Source of the DNA: Clostridia bacterium
Lineage (GTDB): Bacteria > Bacillota > Clostridia > Oscillospirales > JAAYXM01
NCBI GenBank assembly: GCA_017559855.1
Contig: JAFYQP010000040.1
Coordinates: 1 to 54,328, forward strand
DNA: 54,328 bases
Direction of reading: 5' to 3'
The translations under genes and the position numbers were made by a program. This document shows positions 30,831 through 40,232 of this stretch, piece after piece (position 1 is the first letter of the stretch; every line of letters begins with the position of its first letter). The notes beneath the pieces were generated by a model. The model worked only from the letters and a program-made list of their open reading frames with translations, had not been told where the DNA came from and made no database searches.

Positions 30831-31679
30831 TCAAAAACCTCCTAAATTATATTTCTGTTGTGAGCGACGATATGCGGTCGCTGATTTACCTTGTAACTGT
30901 TGGAATATGCGTGAAAAGTGGCCATAGTCGGAAAAACCAACCGCATAAGCAATGGAACTTACCGACATATCCGTATCCTTGAGCAAACGACAGGCATGGG
31001 CTATACGCTGATTTCTTATGTAGGTTGCAATACTGCATCCTAAATACTCGGATGCAATACTGTAAAGCCGTGTACGCTTAATGTGAAATTCCGCACAAAT
31101 ATCATTTACCGTTATGGTTTTGTCCAGATTTGCCTCGATAAAACTGTCCATGTGACGGATAAACTCACTTCTTGCGGGGGTTACCCATTGGTTAGACAAC
31201 AGATACGAAACAAGGGCTTGCAGAATGGTTGTGGTAGCCTCAAGTTCCGCGGTTGTTTTTACGGGAAGTGCATCAATAGCATCGTGGATACCCGGAAATG
31301 CAGTGTCATTAAATTCACGGTGCAATTTCTCGCGAGTGAGTTTCGCACCCTCCTGCATAAGTACCTGACCGAACATAATGAAGCCCAATATACCGCTTGT
31401 GTCATAGATGGGAACTATCGCCTCTGAAAGGCCTAAGTGACAACGATAATTGATAATTTGCTTTGCCTGAGAGCACAGTTTAAAGTTTGCGTAGTCACAG
31501 TCGGCACAACGTTGATCCAAAGTGGCATCTTTTCCGATAATAGTGCAAAATTCACTCTTGGACTCAGGATATGCAAGTAATATTTGACCTGTTTTGTCAA
31601 ACAGAACGATTCTTATATTCGTAAGTGTGTGAAAATCACGGAATGCTTTGTATAAGTTTGCCGCGTTTATATTAAGCAT
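30831..31679 (-). CDS. PocR-sensor AraC family transcriptional regulator
   Basis: 282 aa. The N-terminus is Cys-rich and PocR-like (CADCDYANFKLCSQAKQIINYRCHLGLSEAIVPI). C-terminal AraC HTH. Confidence 0.8.
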   Translation of the reverse strand: MLNINAANLYKAFRDFHTLTNIRIVLFDKTGQILLAYPESKSEFCTIIGKDATLDQRCADCDYANFKLCSQAKQIINYRCHLGLSEAIVPIYDTSGILGFIMFGQVLMQEGAKLTREKLHREFNDTAFPGIHDAIDALPVKTTAELEATTTILQALVSYLLSNQWVTPARSEFIRHMDSFIEANLDKTITVNDICAEFHIKRTRLYSIASEYLGCSIATYIRNQRIAHACRLLKDTDMSVSSIAYAVGFSDYGHFSRIFQQLQGKSATAYRRSQQKYNLGGF

Positions 31680-31851
31680 TATTCATCACCAATTTAAAGT
31701 TTAGCACGGGGGTTCTTTTTTTTCAATAGATTTTCGCAAAATTTATAACAAATTTATTCATTTACGGACGAATATTACATAAAACAAACGGATATACCTT
31801 TTCATATGGACAAATATACAATATAATATGTATAAAGAAGGGTGGGATAGT

Positions 31852-32877
31852 ATGAAACTTGACACCGTAAAAGGACGCCGTGAGGCCTATAATTATGTGG
31901 GTAATACGTACCAGATAGGCGGCACACGGCATTACCGTCTTGACGACGGACCGGCACACGATACCAAGTGTATAGACGTGCGAACAGGAAGCGGTTTTGA
32001 ATATACCGTGGTGGTTGACCGTGGTCTTGATATTTCCCTTGCCTCTTATAAGGGGTTAAACCTTGTTCACCTTACGGCGGGAATGGAAACAAATCCTGCG
32101 GCGGTTGATCCTTGGGGTGCGGATTGGCTCCGTGCTTTTTCGGCAGGACTTCTCACCACTTGCGGCCCGAACCACTTGGGAAATGCCTGCGTGGATGAGG
32201 GTGAGCATTTAGGTCAGCACGGAAGATGGTCGTCTTTGGCAGGACGGCAGGTTGCCGACCTTACCGATTTTGAAGAGGGTAAAATCGAAATCACCGGCAA
32301 ACTCTACGAGATGATAACATTCGGTCATAAACTTGCGATAAAGAGAAGTATAAAAAGTGAGTTTGGCAAATCCTACGTTGTAATCGAGGATGAAATACGT
32401 AATGAGGGAAGCCGTCCGGCACCGCTTACGATGTTATATCACATAAATTTCGGCTATCCTTTTCTCGATGAAAAGGCAACCGTGCACATTCCTTCAAAAG
32501 AGTGTGTGGGTGCGGATGATTACACCACAGAGAGACTTTGCGAGGTCGGAACCGTAAAATCGCCCAGTGGCGAGAATTTTGAAAAGAACTTTACACACAC
32601 CTTTGATGGCAAAGAGGTTTGTGCATATGTAAAAAACGGAGACCTTGCGGTTTATATTAAGTTCGACTCAAAAGATCTCCCCTATATGACGCAGTGGGTG
32701 CTTGAGGACATAAAGGACCACGTTGTCGCAATTGAACCTGCAAACGTACCGTGTGAATCCCGTAACATCCTGCGTGAAAAAGGAATGCTCCCCGAAATAA
32801 AAGCGGGAGAGGTCAGAAAATTCCGTGTTGAAATCGGTATCTTAGAGGGTGCTGAAATCGATAAATTAAGTAAATAA
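31852..32877 (+). CDS. DUF4432 / aldose-1-epimerase-like (galactose mutarotase fold) protein
   Basis: The ATG at 31852 follows GGGTGGGA. The sequence MKLDTVKGRREAYNYVGNTYQIGGTRHY...YHINFGYPFLDE is typical of DUF4432. Confidence 0.7.
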   Translation: MKLDTVKGRREAYNYVGNTYQIGGTRHYRLDDGPAHDTKCIDVRTGSGFEYTVVVDRGLDISLASYKGLNLVHLTAGMETNPAAVDPWGADWLRAFSAGLLTTCGPNHLGNACVDEGEHLGQHGRWSSLAGRQVADLTDFEEGKIEITGKLYEMITFGHKLAIKRSIKSEFGKSYVVIEDEIRNEGSRPAPLTMLYHINFGYPFLDEKATVHIPSKECVGADDYTTERLCEVGTVKSPSGENFEKNFTHTFDGKEVCAYVKNGDLAVYIKFDSKDLPYMTQWVLEDIKDHVVAIEPANVPCESRNILREKGMLPEIKAGEVRKFRVEIGILEGAEIDKLSK

Positions 32878-32913
32878 CAGGGAAAACCTGTATAAATAAG
32901 GAGGAAATTTAAA

Positions 32914-34293
32914 ATGGTACAGTCAAAGACAGCATTTATAGTATACGGCGTTCACAAGGACGGACTTTGTGATCCGGACGGTAATCTCTTCATTGATTAC
33001 GGCAAAATCGAAAATTCAAAGGCGGCTCTTAAGGCACAGGGTATCGAACTTCATGAGGAAGAACTCATTATCGCTACCAAGAAGGAAGCACGTGACGTTC
33101 TTCTCCCCCTTGCAAAGGATGACAGCATTGATACTCTCGTTTTATTCTCCGGTACATGGGTATGGGCAGCACATATGATTCAGGCTGTTCGTGAGTTTGC
33201 AAAGACCGGTAAGGGTATCGTTATCTGGACACATGACGGCTCTCAGGGCTGGCGTCCGGTTGGCGGTCTTGTACTCAGCGCTGCTCTTAACGAAGTAGGT
33301 ATTAAGCACAAGTTCGTTTACGGCGGTGCAGATGATATGGAAACCGTTAAGCGTGTTGCAAACTACTGTAAGGCTTCCGCTCTTAAAAAGAGTATGGAAA
33401 TGACCACCCTCCGTGCATTCGGCGGTCGTGGTATGGGCCAGACCTGTGGTGTTGCAGATCCTTCACAGTGGATGCGTATGTTCGGTATCGATATCGACAC
33501 CCGTGATACATATGAACTTGTTGAGACCGCAAAGGCTATTCCTCAGGCAGAGGTTGACGCGGTTTGCGATTGGATTGATGCTAACTTCAAGACACCGGTT
33601 GTAAGAGAAGAAGGCAACTTCCGTTCCATCCGTTTATATCTTGCTCTCAAGGCGTTAAAGGAAAAAGAAGGTTTCGACTACTATACCATTCAGTCCTTCC
33701 CCGGTATGGGCGACTACTACGTAGCAACCTGCTTTGCACAGAGTATGATGTTAAACGACGGTGTTCCCACCGCAACTCTCTCCGACTTTAACACCTGTCT
33801 TACTTCCATTATGATTATGGGGCTCAGTAAGGATCCGATCTACTACGGTGATCTTCAGCACGTTGATAAGAAACGCGGCGAAATTAAGATTATCGGTGAC
33901 GGTGCGGTTCCGCCCTGTCTCGCAAATGAAGACGGCGTTTCCCTCGCAGGTCACGGTATCCCCACCGAGGGTGAAGCAGGCGGTATGTCCATTGACCTCG
34001 TATGTAAGAGCGGTAAGGGCGTTCTCGCAAGACTTTCCAGAATCAACGGTGAGTTTAAGATCGTTGTTGCGCGTTGTGAAGTTGTTCAGCCCAAGAAGGA
34101 AGAGTTAGAAGCACGTCGTCACGAGTGCGGTATTCCGTTCTGGCCCCATGCATTCGTTCAGGTTGACGGTGACGTTGGCAAGATGGTTGAGAGTTGGAAT
34201 AACGAGTACGGTTGTCTCGGCTACGGTGAGGATCTCTACGATCAGATCATCGACTTTGGTAACATTATGGGTATTGAAGTTCTTGCGTTCTAA
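32914..34293 (+). CDS. L-fucose/L-arabinose isomerase family protein
   Basis: 459 aa with AAGGAGGAA RBS. The overall pattern (GRGMGQT..., C-terminal NEYGCLGYGEDL) resembles short FucI/AraA-like sugar isomerases. The substrate is unknown. Confidence 0.7.
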   Translation: MVQSKTAFIVYGVHKDGLCDPDGNLFIDYGKIENSKAALKAQGIELHEEELIIATKKEARDVLLPLAKDDSIDTLVLFSGTWVWAAHMIQAVREFAKTGKGIVIWTHDGSQGWRPVGGLVLSAALNEVGIKHKFVYGGADDMETVKRVANYCKASALKKSMEMTTLRAFGGRGMGQTCGVADPSQWMRMFGIDIDTRDTYELVETAKAIPQAEVDAVCDWIDANFKTPVVREEGNFRSIRLYLALKALKEKEGFDYYTIQSFPGMGDYYVATCFAQSMMLNDGVPTATLSDFNTCLTSIMIMGLSKDPIYYGDLQHVDKKRGEIKIIGDGAVPPCLANEDGVSLAGHGIPTEGEAGGMSIDLVCKSGKGVLARLSRINGEFKIVVARCEVVQPKKEELEARRHECGIPFWPHAFVQVDGDVGKMVESWNNEYGCLGYGEDLYDQIIDFGNIMGIEVLAF

Positions 34294-34305
34294 GGAGTCT
34301 TTAAT

Positions 34306-35211
34306 ATGAAAGTTTTTGACGTACATATTCATAGTACCACCGACGCCGCTACCATAAATCCGCAGAAATTACTTGCGGATATGGACAAAGCAGGCGTATG
34401 GGGCGGTGCGGTGTTTACACCGGAGGCTGAAAGTCCTTTGGGTTGCGGCTATTCTTATGAAACCCGTATAGATTGTATGCACAAGTGGACGGACGGTTAC
34501 ACCGACAGAATTTTCCCCATCTTCTATATCCACCCCTACGAGAAAGACGCAATCGCAAAGGCGAAAGATGCGGTTGATCAGGGTGCGATGGGCTTTAAGA
34601 TGAGTTGCGACTGTTTCTACGTTTATGAAGATAAATGTATGGATCTCCTCCGCACCATTGCAGATATGAACAAGCCGGTACTTTTCCATTCCGGTATTCT
34701 CTGGGACGGACATGATTCAAGTAAGTACAATCGTCCCCTTAATTGGGAAAGCCTTATAAACATTCCGGGACTTCGTTTCTCACTTGCACATTGCTCATGG
34801 CCGTGGTGTGATGAGACGATTGCAATGTATGGTAAGTTCTTAAACGCTTACGTAAACAATCCCGGTATGTCCTCCGAGTTGTATCTTGACACAACACCGG
34901 GCACACCGAAAATCTATCGTTTTGACCTTATTAACAAGATTTATAACTGCGGTTATGATACACCCAGAAACGTGCTCTTCGGTACAGACTGTACCGCAAA
35001 CGAGTACAATATCCCTTGGGCTAACTATTGGGTAGAAAATGACGGCAAGATGATGGATCAGATTGGTGCGAAGAAGAAACTGCACGAACTTTATTTTGCA
35101 GAAAACTACAAGCGTTTCTTCGGACTTAAAGAAAAAGATTTCCAACACGTAATGCCGGTGCCGGACAAAGCAGACTCATGGTCTCTTGAAATGGCAAACG
35201 AACTGTTATAA
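34306..35211 (+). CDS. amidohydrolase-2 (TIM-barrel metal-dependent hydrolase) family protein
   Basis: 301 aa with the N-terminal MKVFDVHIHS (HxH) motif. Sits in the sugar cluster. Confidence 0.7.
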   Translation: MKVFDVHIHSTTDAATINPQKLLADMDKAGVWGGAVFTPEAESPLGCGYSYETRIDCMHKWTDGYTDRIFPIFYIHPYEKDAIAKAKDAVDQGAMGFKMSCDCFYVYEDKCMDLLRTIADMNKPVLFHSGILWDGHDSSKYNRPLNWESLINIPGLRFSLAHCSWPWCDETIAMYGKFLNAYVNNPGMSSELYLDTTPGTPKIYRFDLINKIYNCGYDTPRNVLFGTDCTANEYNIPWANYWVENDGKMMDQIGAKKKLHELYFAENYKRFFGLKEKDFQHVMPVPDKADSWSLEMANELL

Positions 35212-35266
35212 AATTCAGACTACAGGCAACGCAAGTTGCCTGTAGTTTATATTGAGGGTTGATACA

Positions 35267-36133
35267 ATGGGATATATCTTATCGCTTATAGCGGGTATCT
35301 TTTGGGGTATCGCAGGAATATTCGTAAAATATTTTAATACGCAGGGGCTCAGTGCTCTTGATAACACGCAGGTAAAAATGATTTTTGGCTTCATATCGGT
35401 TGCTATTTATCTTTTAATATTTAAGAGAGAATATTTAAAGATAAAACTAAAAGATATCTGGGTTTTTGCCTGCAGTGGTATTTTAAGTATTATGCTTATG
35501 TGCATTACTTATTTTAAATCTATGGAATTTTCTGTTTCCATTGCGGCGGTACTTCTTTATACGGCACCTATATTTGTAATTATTTTCAGTGCCGTTTTCT
35601 TCAAGGAGAAAATCACAACAAAAACCGTTGTTGCGATGATTATGGCATTTGTAGGTTGTGCCCTTGTTTGCGGCGTTGTGGGCGGAGATACCTCAATGTC
35701 CCTGCCGGGTATACTTATAGGTGTCGCTTCGGGCATTGCCTATTCGCTATACTCCATTTTCGGACGCCTTGCAATAAACCGAGGGTATGGTGCGTGGACA
35801 ATAACCTTGTATTCATTCCTCTTCTGTATCATAGGAAACGCTTTCCTTTGCGATTGGTCGGTCATTGGACAGGTTATGTCCCAACCGATAAATATCGGCT
35901 GGGGTGCGGCTTTCGGCGTTGCGACCGCACTTATACCGTATGTTTTCTACAGTTTGAGTTTAGAGCGTATAAGCGGCGGTGTTGCATCTATCGTGTGCTC
36001 TATTGAACCGGTTGTGGCAACCATCGTCGGCGTATTTATGTTCAATGAAAATTTTGACTTTTTCACAGCATCGGGAATTATACTTACCCTGGGTGCAGTT
36101 GTATTACTTTCTGTCAAAAAGAAAAGAGCATAA
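35267..36133 (+). CDS. EamA/DMT family transporter
   Basis: ATG at 35267 (MGYILSLIAGIFWG...). Ten TM segments arranged as two EamA repeats. Confidence 0.82.
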   Translation: MGYILSLIAGIFWGIAGIFVKYFNTQGLSALDNTQVKMIFGFISVAIYLLIFKREYLKIKLKDIWVFACSGILSIMLMCITYFKSMEFSVSIAAVLLYTAPIFVIIFSAVFFKEKITTKTVVAMIMAFVGCALVCGVVGGDTSMSLPGILIGVASGIAYSLYSIFGRLAINRGYGAWTITLYSFLFCIIGNAFLCDWSVIGQVMSQPINIGWGAAFGVATALIPYVFYSLSLERISGGVASIVCSIEPVVATIVGVFMFNENFDFFTASGIILTLGAVVLLSVKKKRA

Positions 36134-36145
36134 AATTTTAATAAA

Positions 36146-36179
36146 ATCACATCCTTACAGTAAAGGATGTGATTTTTTT
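36146..36179 (+). terminator. strong intrinsic terminator overlapping the spoVAD start
   Basis: ATCACATCCTT(36146-36156)/AAGGATGTGAT(36163-36173) followed by T7 (36173-36179). Confidence 0.85.
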
Positions 36180-37179
36180 GAATATTCATCTCCAAAACGG
36201 AACAATAAAACTTGAAAACCCACCGTACTTTATAGCCGGCGGTGCGGTTGGCGGTCAAAAGGAGTCAGAGGGGCCTCTTTGCGACTTTCTGGATGAATTC
36301 TCAAGTGACGGGCGTTTTGATCGGGACACGTGGGAAAAGGCAGAGAGTGAAATGCAAAAACACGCACTCTATTTTGCCCTGAACCGTGCGAACCTTGATA
36401 AGGTTGATTTTATTTTTTCAGGCGACCTTTTAAATCAATGTACCGCATCCGCATTTGCACACAGAGAAAGCAACACCTCGTACGTGGGACTGTACGGTGC
36501 CTGTTCAACCTTTGTGGAGGGACTTTGTCTGTCCTCTGTTTTTTTAAGCAGTCAAAGTGCAGAGCATACCGCAATCTCAGCATCATCGCATTTTTGCTCC
36601 GCCGAACGGCAGTACAGATACCCTCTTAATTACGGCGGACAACGTCCACCCACCGCACAATGGACGGTAACGGGTGCGGGTGCGGTAATTATGGGAAGAG
36701 AGCGGGGAATTGCCCGTGCAACACATGTAAATTTCGGCAAAATTGTGGATATGGGCATAAAAGATGCAAATAATATGGGTGCGGCAATGGCACCTGCGGC
36801 ATTTGAGACGATTAACGCAATTTTTAAAGACACCAATACAAAACCCAACGATTACGACTTGATTGTAACGGGGGATTTAGGCTTTTTGGGCAAGAAACTT
36901 CTTTGCGATTTATTTAAAAAGGAAGAGAACATTGAAATTCCCAATATAATTGATTGCGGTGAGGAGATTTTTTCAAAAAGTGCTCAGGATGTACATTCGG
37001 GTGCATCGGGTGCAGGTTGTTCCGCTTGTGTATTCAGTCGATTTATTTTGGAGCAAATAAAGGACGGCAGATGGAAAAAGGTTCTTTTTGCAGGGACGGG
37101 GGCACTTCTGTCACCCCTTTCAACACAGCAAGGAGAGAGTATTCCCTGCATATGTCATGGAATTGTTATCGAGGTGTAA
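36178..37179 (+). CDS. spoVAD: stage V sporulation protein AD
   Basis: Thiolase-like SpoVAD (GGQKESEGPL, GDLLNQ, GACST, AERQYRYPLNYGGQRPPTAQ, GALLSPLSTQQGESIPCICHG). The only upstream in-frame starts are GTG 36169 and TTG 36178. TTG 36178 gives an N-terminal length matching SpoVAD. Confidence 0.88.
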   Translation: MNIHLQNGTIKLENPPYFIAGGAVGGQKESEGPLCDFLDEFSSDGRFDRDTWEKAESEMQKHALYFALNRANLDKVDFIFSGDLLNQCTASAFAHRESNTSYVGLYGACSTFVEGLCLSSVFLSSQSAEHTAISASSHFCSAERQYRYPLNYGGQRPPTAQWTVTGAGAVIMGRERGIARATHVNFGKIVDMGIKDANNMGAAMAPAAFETINAIFKDTNTKPNDYDLIVTGDLGFLGKKLLCDLFKKEENIEIPNIIDCGEEIFSKSAQDVHSGASGAGCSACVFSRFILEQIKDGRWKKVLFAGTGALLSPLSTQQGESIPCICHGIVIEV

Positions 37180-37180
37180 A

Positions 37181-37534
37181 ATGGAGTTTTTAAGAGCGTT
37201 TGCAGTCGGGGGTTTGCTTTGCGTCATTGCACAGATTTTAATTGATAAAACAAAACTTACCCCAGCCAGAATTTTAACCGGTTACGTGGTTGCAGGTGTT
37301 ATCCTTTCTGCCATAGGTCTGTATGGGCCAATCGTTGCGTGGGCAGGTGCGGGTGCAACCGTGCCGCTTACGGGTTTTGGACATCTTCTGGCAGAAGGTA
37401 CGGCGGTAGCGGTTGGTGAACGTGGTTTTGCGGGGATTTTCACCGGTGGATTGTGTGCCGCCGCGGCGGGAATTACCGCCTCTGTGGTTTTTGGATTCCT
37501 CGCTGCACTTTTATTCAGGCCGAAACAAAAATAA
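37181..37534 (+). CDS. spoVAE: stage V sporulation protein AE (SpoVAEB-type)
   Basis: The ATG at 37181, just after the spoVAD stop, gives MEFLRAFAVGGLLCVIAQILID... (117 aa, membrane protein, typical SpoVAEB). Confidence 0.85.
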   Translation: MEFLRAFAVGGLLCVIAQILIDKTKLTPARILTGYVVAGVILSAIGLYGPIVAWAGAGATVPLTGFGHLLAEGTAVAVGERGFAGIFTGGLCAAAAGITASVVFGFLAALLFRPKQK

Positions 37535-37581
37535 TTGAAAAATTGCCTTATCTGTGATAAAATACGGGTGAGGTGAATATA

Positions 37582-37977
37582 ATGGAATTAAAGATAGGAA
37601 TCAAAGGCAAAAAAACTTTGGTAGTTTTAGAAAAAATGCTTGCAAACTCTGTGGGTAGCGGTGCAATACCCGTGTTTTCCACCCCGTGGATGGTGGCACT
37701 TATGGAGGGTGCGGCACAAGAGAGCGTTGCGGATGCAATAGGCGAGGGCAACGTTACCGTGGGAACATCGCTTGAAATATCCCATCTTGCGGCAACTCCG
37801 CTTGGTATGGAGGTATATGCGGAGAGCGAACTTGTGGAAATTGACGGCAGACGCCTTGTGTTCAACGTGGTTGCATATGACGGCGTTGAGAAGATAGGCG
37901 AGGGAAAACATCAGCGTTTTATCGTGGGTGCAGAGCGTTTTGTCGATAAATGTAAAAGTAAAATGGAAAAAATTTAA
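37582..37977 (+). CDS. hotdog-fold thioesterase family protein
   Basis: GAGGTGA followed by 5 nt precedes the ATG at 37582. The ~131-aa pattern (VGSGAIPVFSTPWMVALMEGAA...GTSLEISHLAATPLG) matches small thioesterases. Confidence 0.7.
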   Translation: MELKIGIKGKKTLVVLEKMLANSVGSGAIPVFSTPWMVALMEGAAQESVADAIGEGNVTVGTSLEISHLAATPLGMEVYAESELVEIDGRRLVFNVVAYDGVEKIGEGKHQRFIVGAERFVDKCKSKMEKI

Positions 37978-37986
37978 AAAAATAGA

Positions 37987-38015
37987 TTGACATACGCCTA
38001 CAGTTGTGGTATTCT
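37987..38015 (+). promoter_or_regulatory. sigma-A promoter for the tRNA pair
   Basis: TTGACA(37987-37992), a 17-nt spacer ending in TGG, then TATTCT(38010-38015). This is about 40 nt upstream of tRNA-Leu. Confidence 0.6.
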
Positions 38016-38055
38016 ATTATGGCACTATTGAGGCGTTAAGCCTATGTGCTGTCGT

Positions 38056-38142
38056 GCCGCTGTGGTGGAATAGGCAGACACAAGGGACTTAAAATCCCTC
38101 GGTAGCAATACCGTGCCGGTTCAAGTCCGGCCAGCGGCACCA
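38056..38142 (+). tRNA. tRNA-Leu (anticodon UAA)
   Basis: Acceptor GCCGCTG/CAGCGGC followed by A and an encoded CCA. Anticodon arm AGGGA-CTTAAAA-TCCCT. Long variable arm. T-arm GCCGGTTCAAGTCCGGC. Confidence 0.92.
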
Positions 38143-38147
38143 TATAT

Positions 38148-38224
<77 letters not shown>

Positions 38225-38228
38225 AAAA

Positions 38229-38262
38229 GAACACACACCCAACAGGGTGTGTGTTCTTTTTT
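38229..38262 (+). terminator. intrinsic terminator after the tRNA pair
   Basis: GAACACACACCC/GGGTGTGTGTTC followed by T6. Confidence 0.85.
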
Positions 38263-38448
38263 ATTTCGAAAGTAGAAATGAATTTGTGAACTTCGGGTTA
38301 TGAGCCCGAAGGGCGAATAACTCGAAGGGGACGTTTGCGACCGCCGCCGGTGGCGGATTAAGGGAGCAAAAAGGAGTGGCAGCGGTCGAAATTTTCAAGG
38401 TGATTATGCCCACCGCAGAAAATTTCGGGCACCGCAACAGGGCGTTGT

Positions 38449-38472
38449 GTTCAAATCCTGCCTCCGCAACCA
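38449..38472 (+). repeat. direct repeat of the tRNA-fMet 3' end (att-like scar, copy 2)
   Basis: GTTCAAATCCTGCCTCCGCAACCA is identical to 38201-38224. No cloverleaf lies upstream of it. Confidence 0.85.
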
Positions 38473-38574
38473 GAGAAGAACCGTAATTTTGATACAAAGT
38501 TAAGGTTTTTTGTTTGTTGTCCTATTTATCGGACAGTTGATGTGTTATTATGTATACAAAAGGTGGGGATTTAT

Positions 38575-39183
38575 ATGAAAAAATTATTTTCGATAAAAGA
38601 TGAAGGCTTATTTTGGGTTGAAGTAGAAAACAAAGTTTACAGTGTTTTCGATAGAAAAAGTAACGCTCATAAATTTTTTGATGCAAGCGGAAACATCATA
38701 CCCGATTACAGTCGTCCTAAAATAGAAACTTCGGATAAACAATCTGAAACTGATTGGGATTACGATGAAGATGATGAACTCATCTTTAACCAATATGGAA
38801 TTGCGTGCGGAGATACTTGCCTCGTTGATAGAGACGGCAATGCGATACCTGACACTTCGTTAAATTTAGAAGCCGACTGCGGTGAATATGATAGATATTT
38901 TACCTTTGGAACTACTACCGCAGAACAGGATGAATCCATCAGTAGATGCGGAACAACTGACGACATTGTCCTTGATATTTATGATACCAAAACAAGAAAA
39001 TATGTAGCAAAAGGTATTCCCGAATGTTGCCTTGATGTTTCATTTTATGATGGTGAGCCCGAAGTGATTTTGGCTGCAATTGAATTATTATTAGAGTATG
39101 AAACGGTTGACATACGTAAAACAGGTACAATATTAGCACGAAAAGAAGGCGTGATAACAGTTTTCAATTACTACGAAAATTGA
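38575..39183 (+). CDS. hypothetical protein (acidic, Cys-containing)
   Basis: AGGTGGGGA followed by the ATG at 38575 (MKKLFSIKDEG...). No recognisable motif. Lies between tRNA-end repeats 2 and 3. Confidence 0.6.
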   Translation: MKKLFSIKDEGLFWVEVENKVYSVFDRKSNAHKFFDASGNIIPDYSRPKIETSDKQSETDWDYDEDDELIFNQYGIACGDTCLVDRDGNAIPDTSLNLEADCGEYDRYFTFGTTTAEQDESISRCGTTDDIVLDIYDTKTRKYVAKGIPECCLDVSFYDGEPEVILAAIELLLEYETVDIRKTGTILARKEGVITVFNYYEN

Positions 39184-39427
39184 ACATATACGGGCATTCA
39201 ACTGTAAAAATGCACCCTCTTTTATAAAAGACTTTATACCGATTTTTAGGGGGGTGCAAAAATGCCACCTATGTACCTTTTATGAAAATTACAGTCATTT
39301 GCCAAAAAGGAAACGGTCACATTGTGACCGTTTTTCTTTTTGTCTTGAAATCGGTTGGATTTGAAAGGCGGCTCTTGGCGGGGTGCCGGTGGCACGCCGC
39401 AACCGCCGTGGCTTTTCCGCAGAAAAG

Positions 39428-39485
39428 CAAATCCTGCCTCCGCAACCAAAAAGAACACACACCCAACAGGGTATGTGTTCTTTTT
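39428..39485 (+). repeat. direct repeat of the tRNA-fMet 3' end plus its terminator (att-like scar, copy 3)
   Basis: 58 nt match 38204-38262, with one G-to-A change in the terminator stem (39473) and one fewer T. Confidence 0.85.
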
Positions 39486-39500
39486 ATTCCTTGCACGTAA

Positions 39501-39674
39501 TTAGATTTTTCTGCTTATAACCCATCTGTGAGGGTAGGGTTTTCCGTCTTTCATATTGTTGCGGCGAGGGCAATGACCGGGGAGCGGTCTGCCTTGATCT
39601 GCACGACGCAACTCGGTTTTTCCGCAATATGTACACATATAAACCGTGGATTGAAGTTTTTTAATAGGTGCCAT
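39501..39674 (-). CDS. small zinc-ribbon-like protein (57 aa)
   Basis: AAGGAGG followed by 9 nt precedes the ATG at 39674 (MAPIKKLQSTVYMCTYCGKTELRRADQGRPLPGHCPRR...). The pattern is CxxC...HC. It is the last gene of the minus-strand operon. Confidence 0.6.
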   Translation of the reverse strand: MAPIKKLQSTVYMCTYCGKTELRRADQGRPLPGHCPRRNNMKDGKPYPHRWVISRKI

Positions 39675-39707
39675 TTTTAATTTCCTCCTTAACAAAAGGT
39701 AACTGTA

Positions 39708-40055
39708 TTACTTATATTCTTCGTATTTCGCCATGTAGGTTTCGTACTTTTCCATATCGCCGTTGCGTTTTGCGATTTGTGCCGCTCTATAGGCGGTTTG
39801 TGCCATTTTGTGGCGGGCAGCATCCTCAACCGCATAAGATTTCTCCTCTGCACGATCGATTCGCTCGGAAGCCTCATCGCTGTCCCACATATTTCTTATA
39901 CCGCTGAAACTTGCATCTTTTACCGCACCGAAAAGTTCGGAGCCAAGTTCAATACCTGCAGTATCGGAAACGCCCTTTAAAATGGTAGAGGCAGCACCGG
40001 TGACGGTTAGTGCAGCAGTACCTACAAGTTTTAAACAACCTTTAATGAGTCCCAT
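39708..40055 (-). CDS. hypothetical protein (Gly/Ala-rich hydrophobic N-terminus, charged helical C-terminus)
   Basis: 115 aa. An AGAGGGTG RBS overlaps the stop codon of the upstream mini-ORF. Confidence 0.6.
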   Translation of the reverse strand: MGLIKGCLKLVGTAALTVTGAASTILKGVSDTAGIELGSELFGAVKDASFSGIRNMWDSDEASERIDRAEEKSYAVEDAARHKMAQTAYRAAQIAKRNGDMEKYETYMAKYEEYK

Positions 40056-40067
40056 AACTTACACCCT

Positions 40068-40217
40068 CTAATCTTTTGATTTTAAAATATTCCATATCAG
40101 GGCTAATGCGATTACACATATGTCAATTATGCAACAGATTTTTGCAAGAGTAAAAAAGAACGTCCACGAGGTTATCCAATAAATTATGATAAAGGCGATG
40201 GCACAGATGAAAAGCAT
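40068..40217 (-). CDS. 49-aa predicted membrane peptide
   Basis: Not in the ORF track. GGGGTG followed by the ATG at 40217 gives MLFICAIAFIIIYWITSWTFFFTLAKICCIIDICVIALALIWNILKSKD. Tightly packed between its neighbours. Confidence 0.5.
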   Translation of the reverse strand: MLFICAIAFIIIYWITSWTFFFTLAKICCIIDICVIALALIWNILKSKD

Positions 40218-40232
40218 ATTGTCTACACCCCG

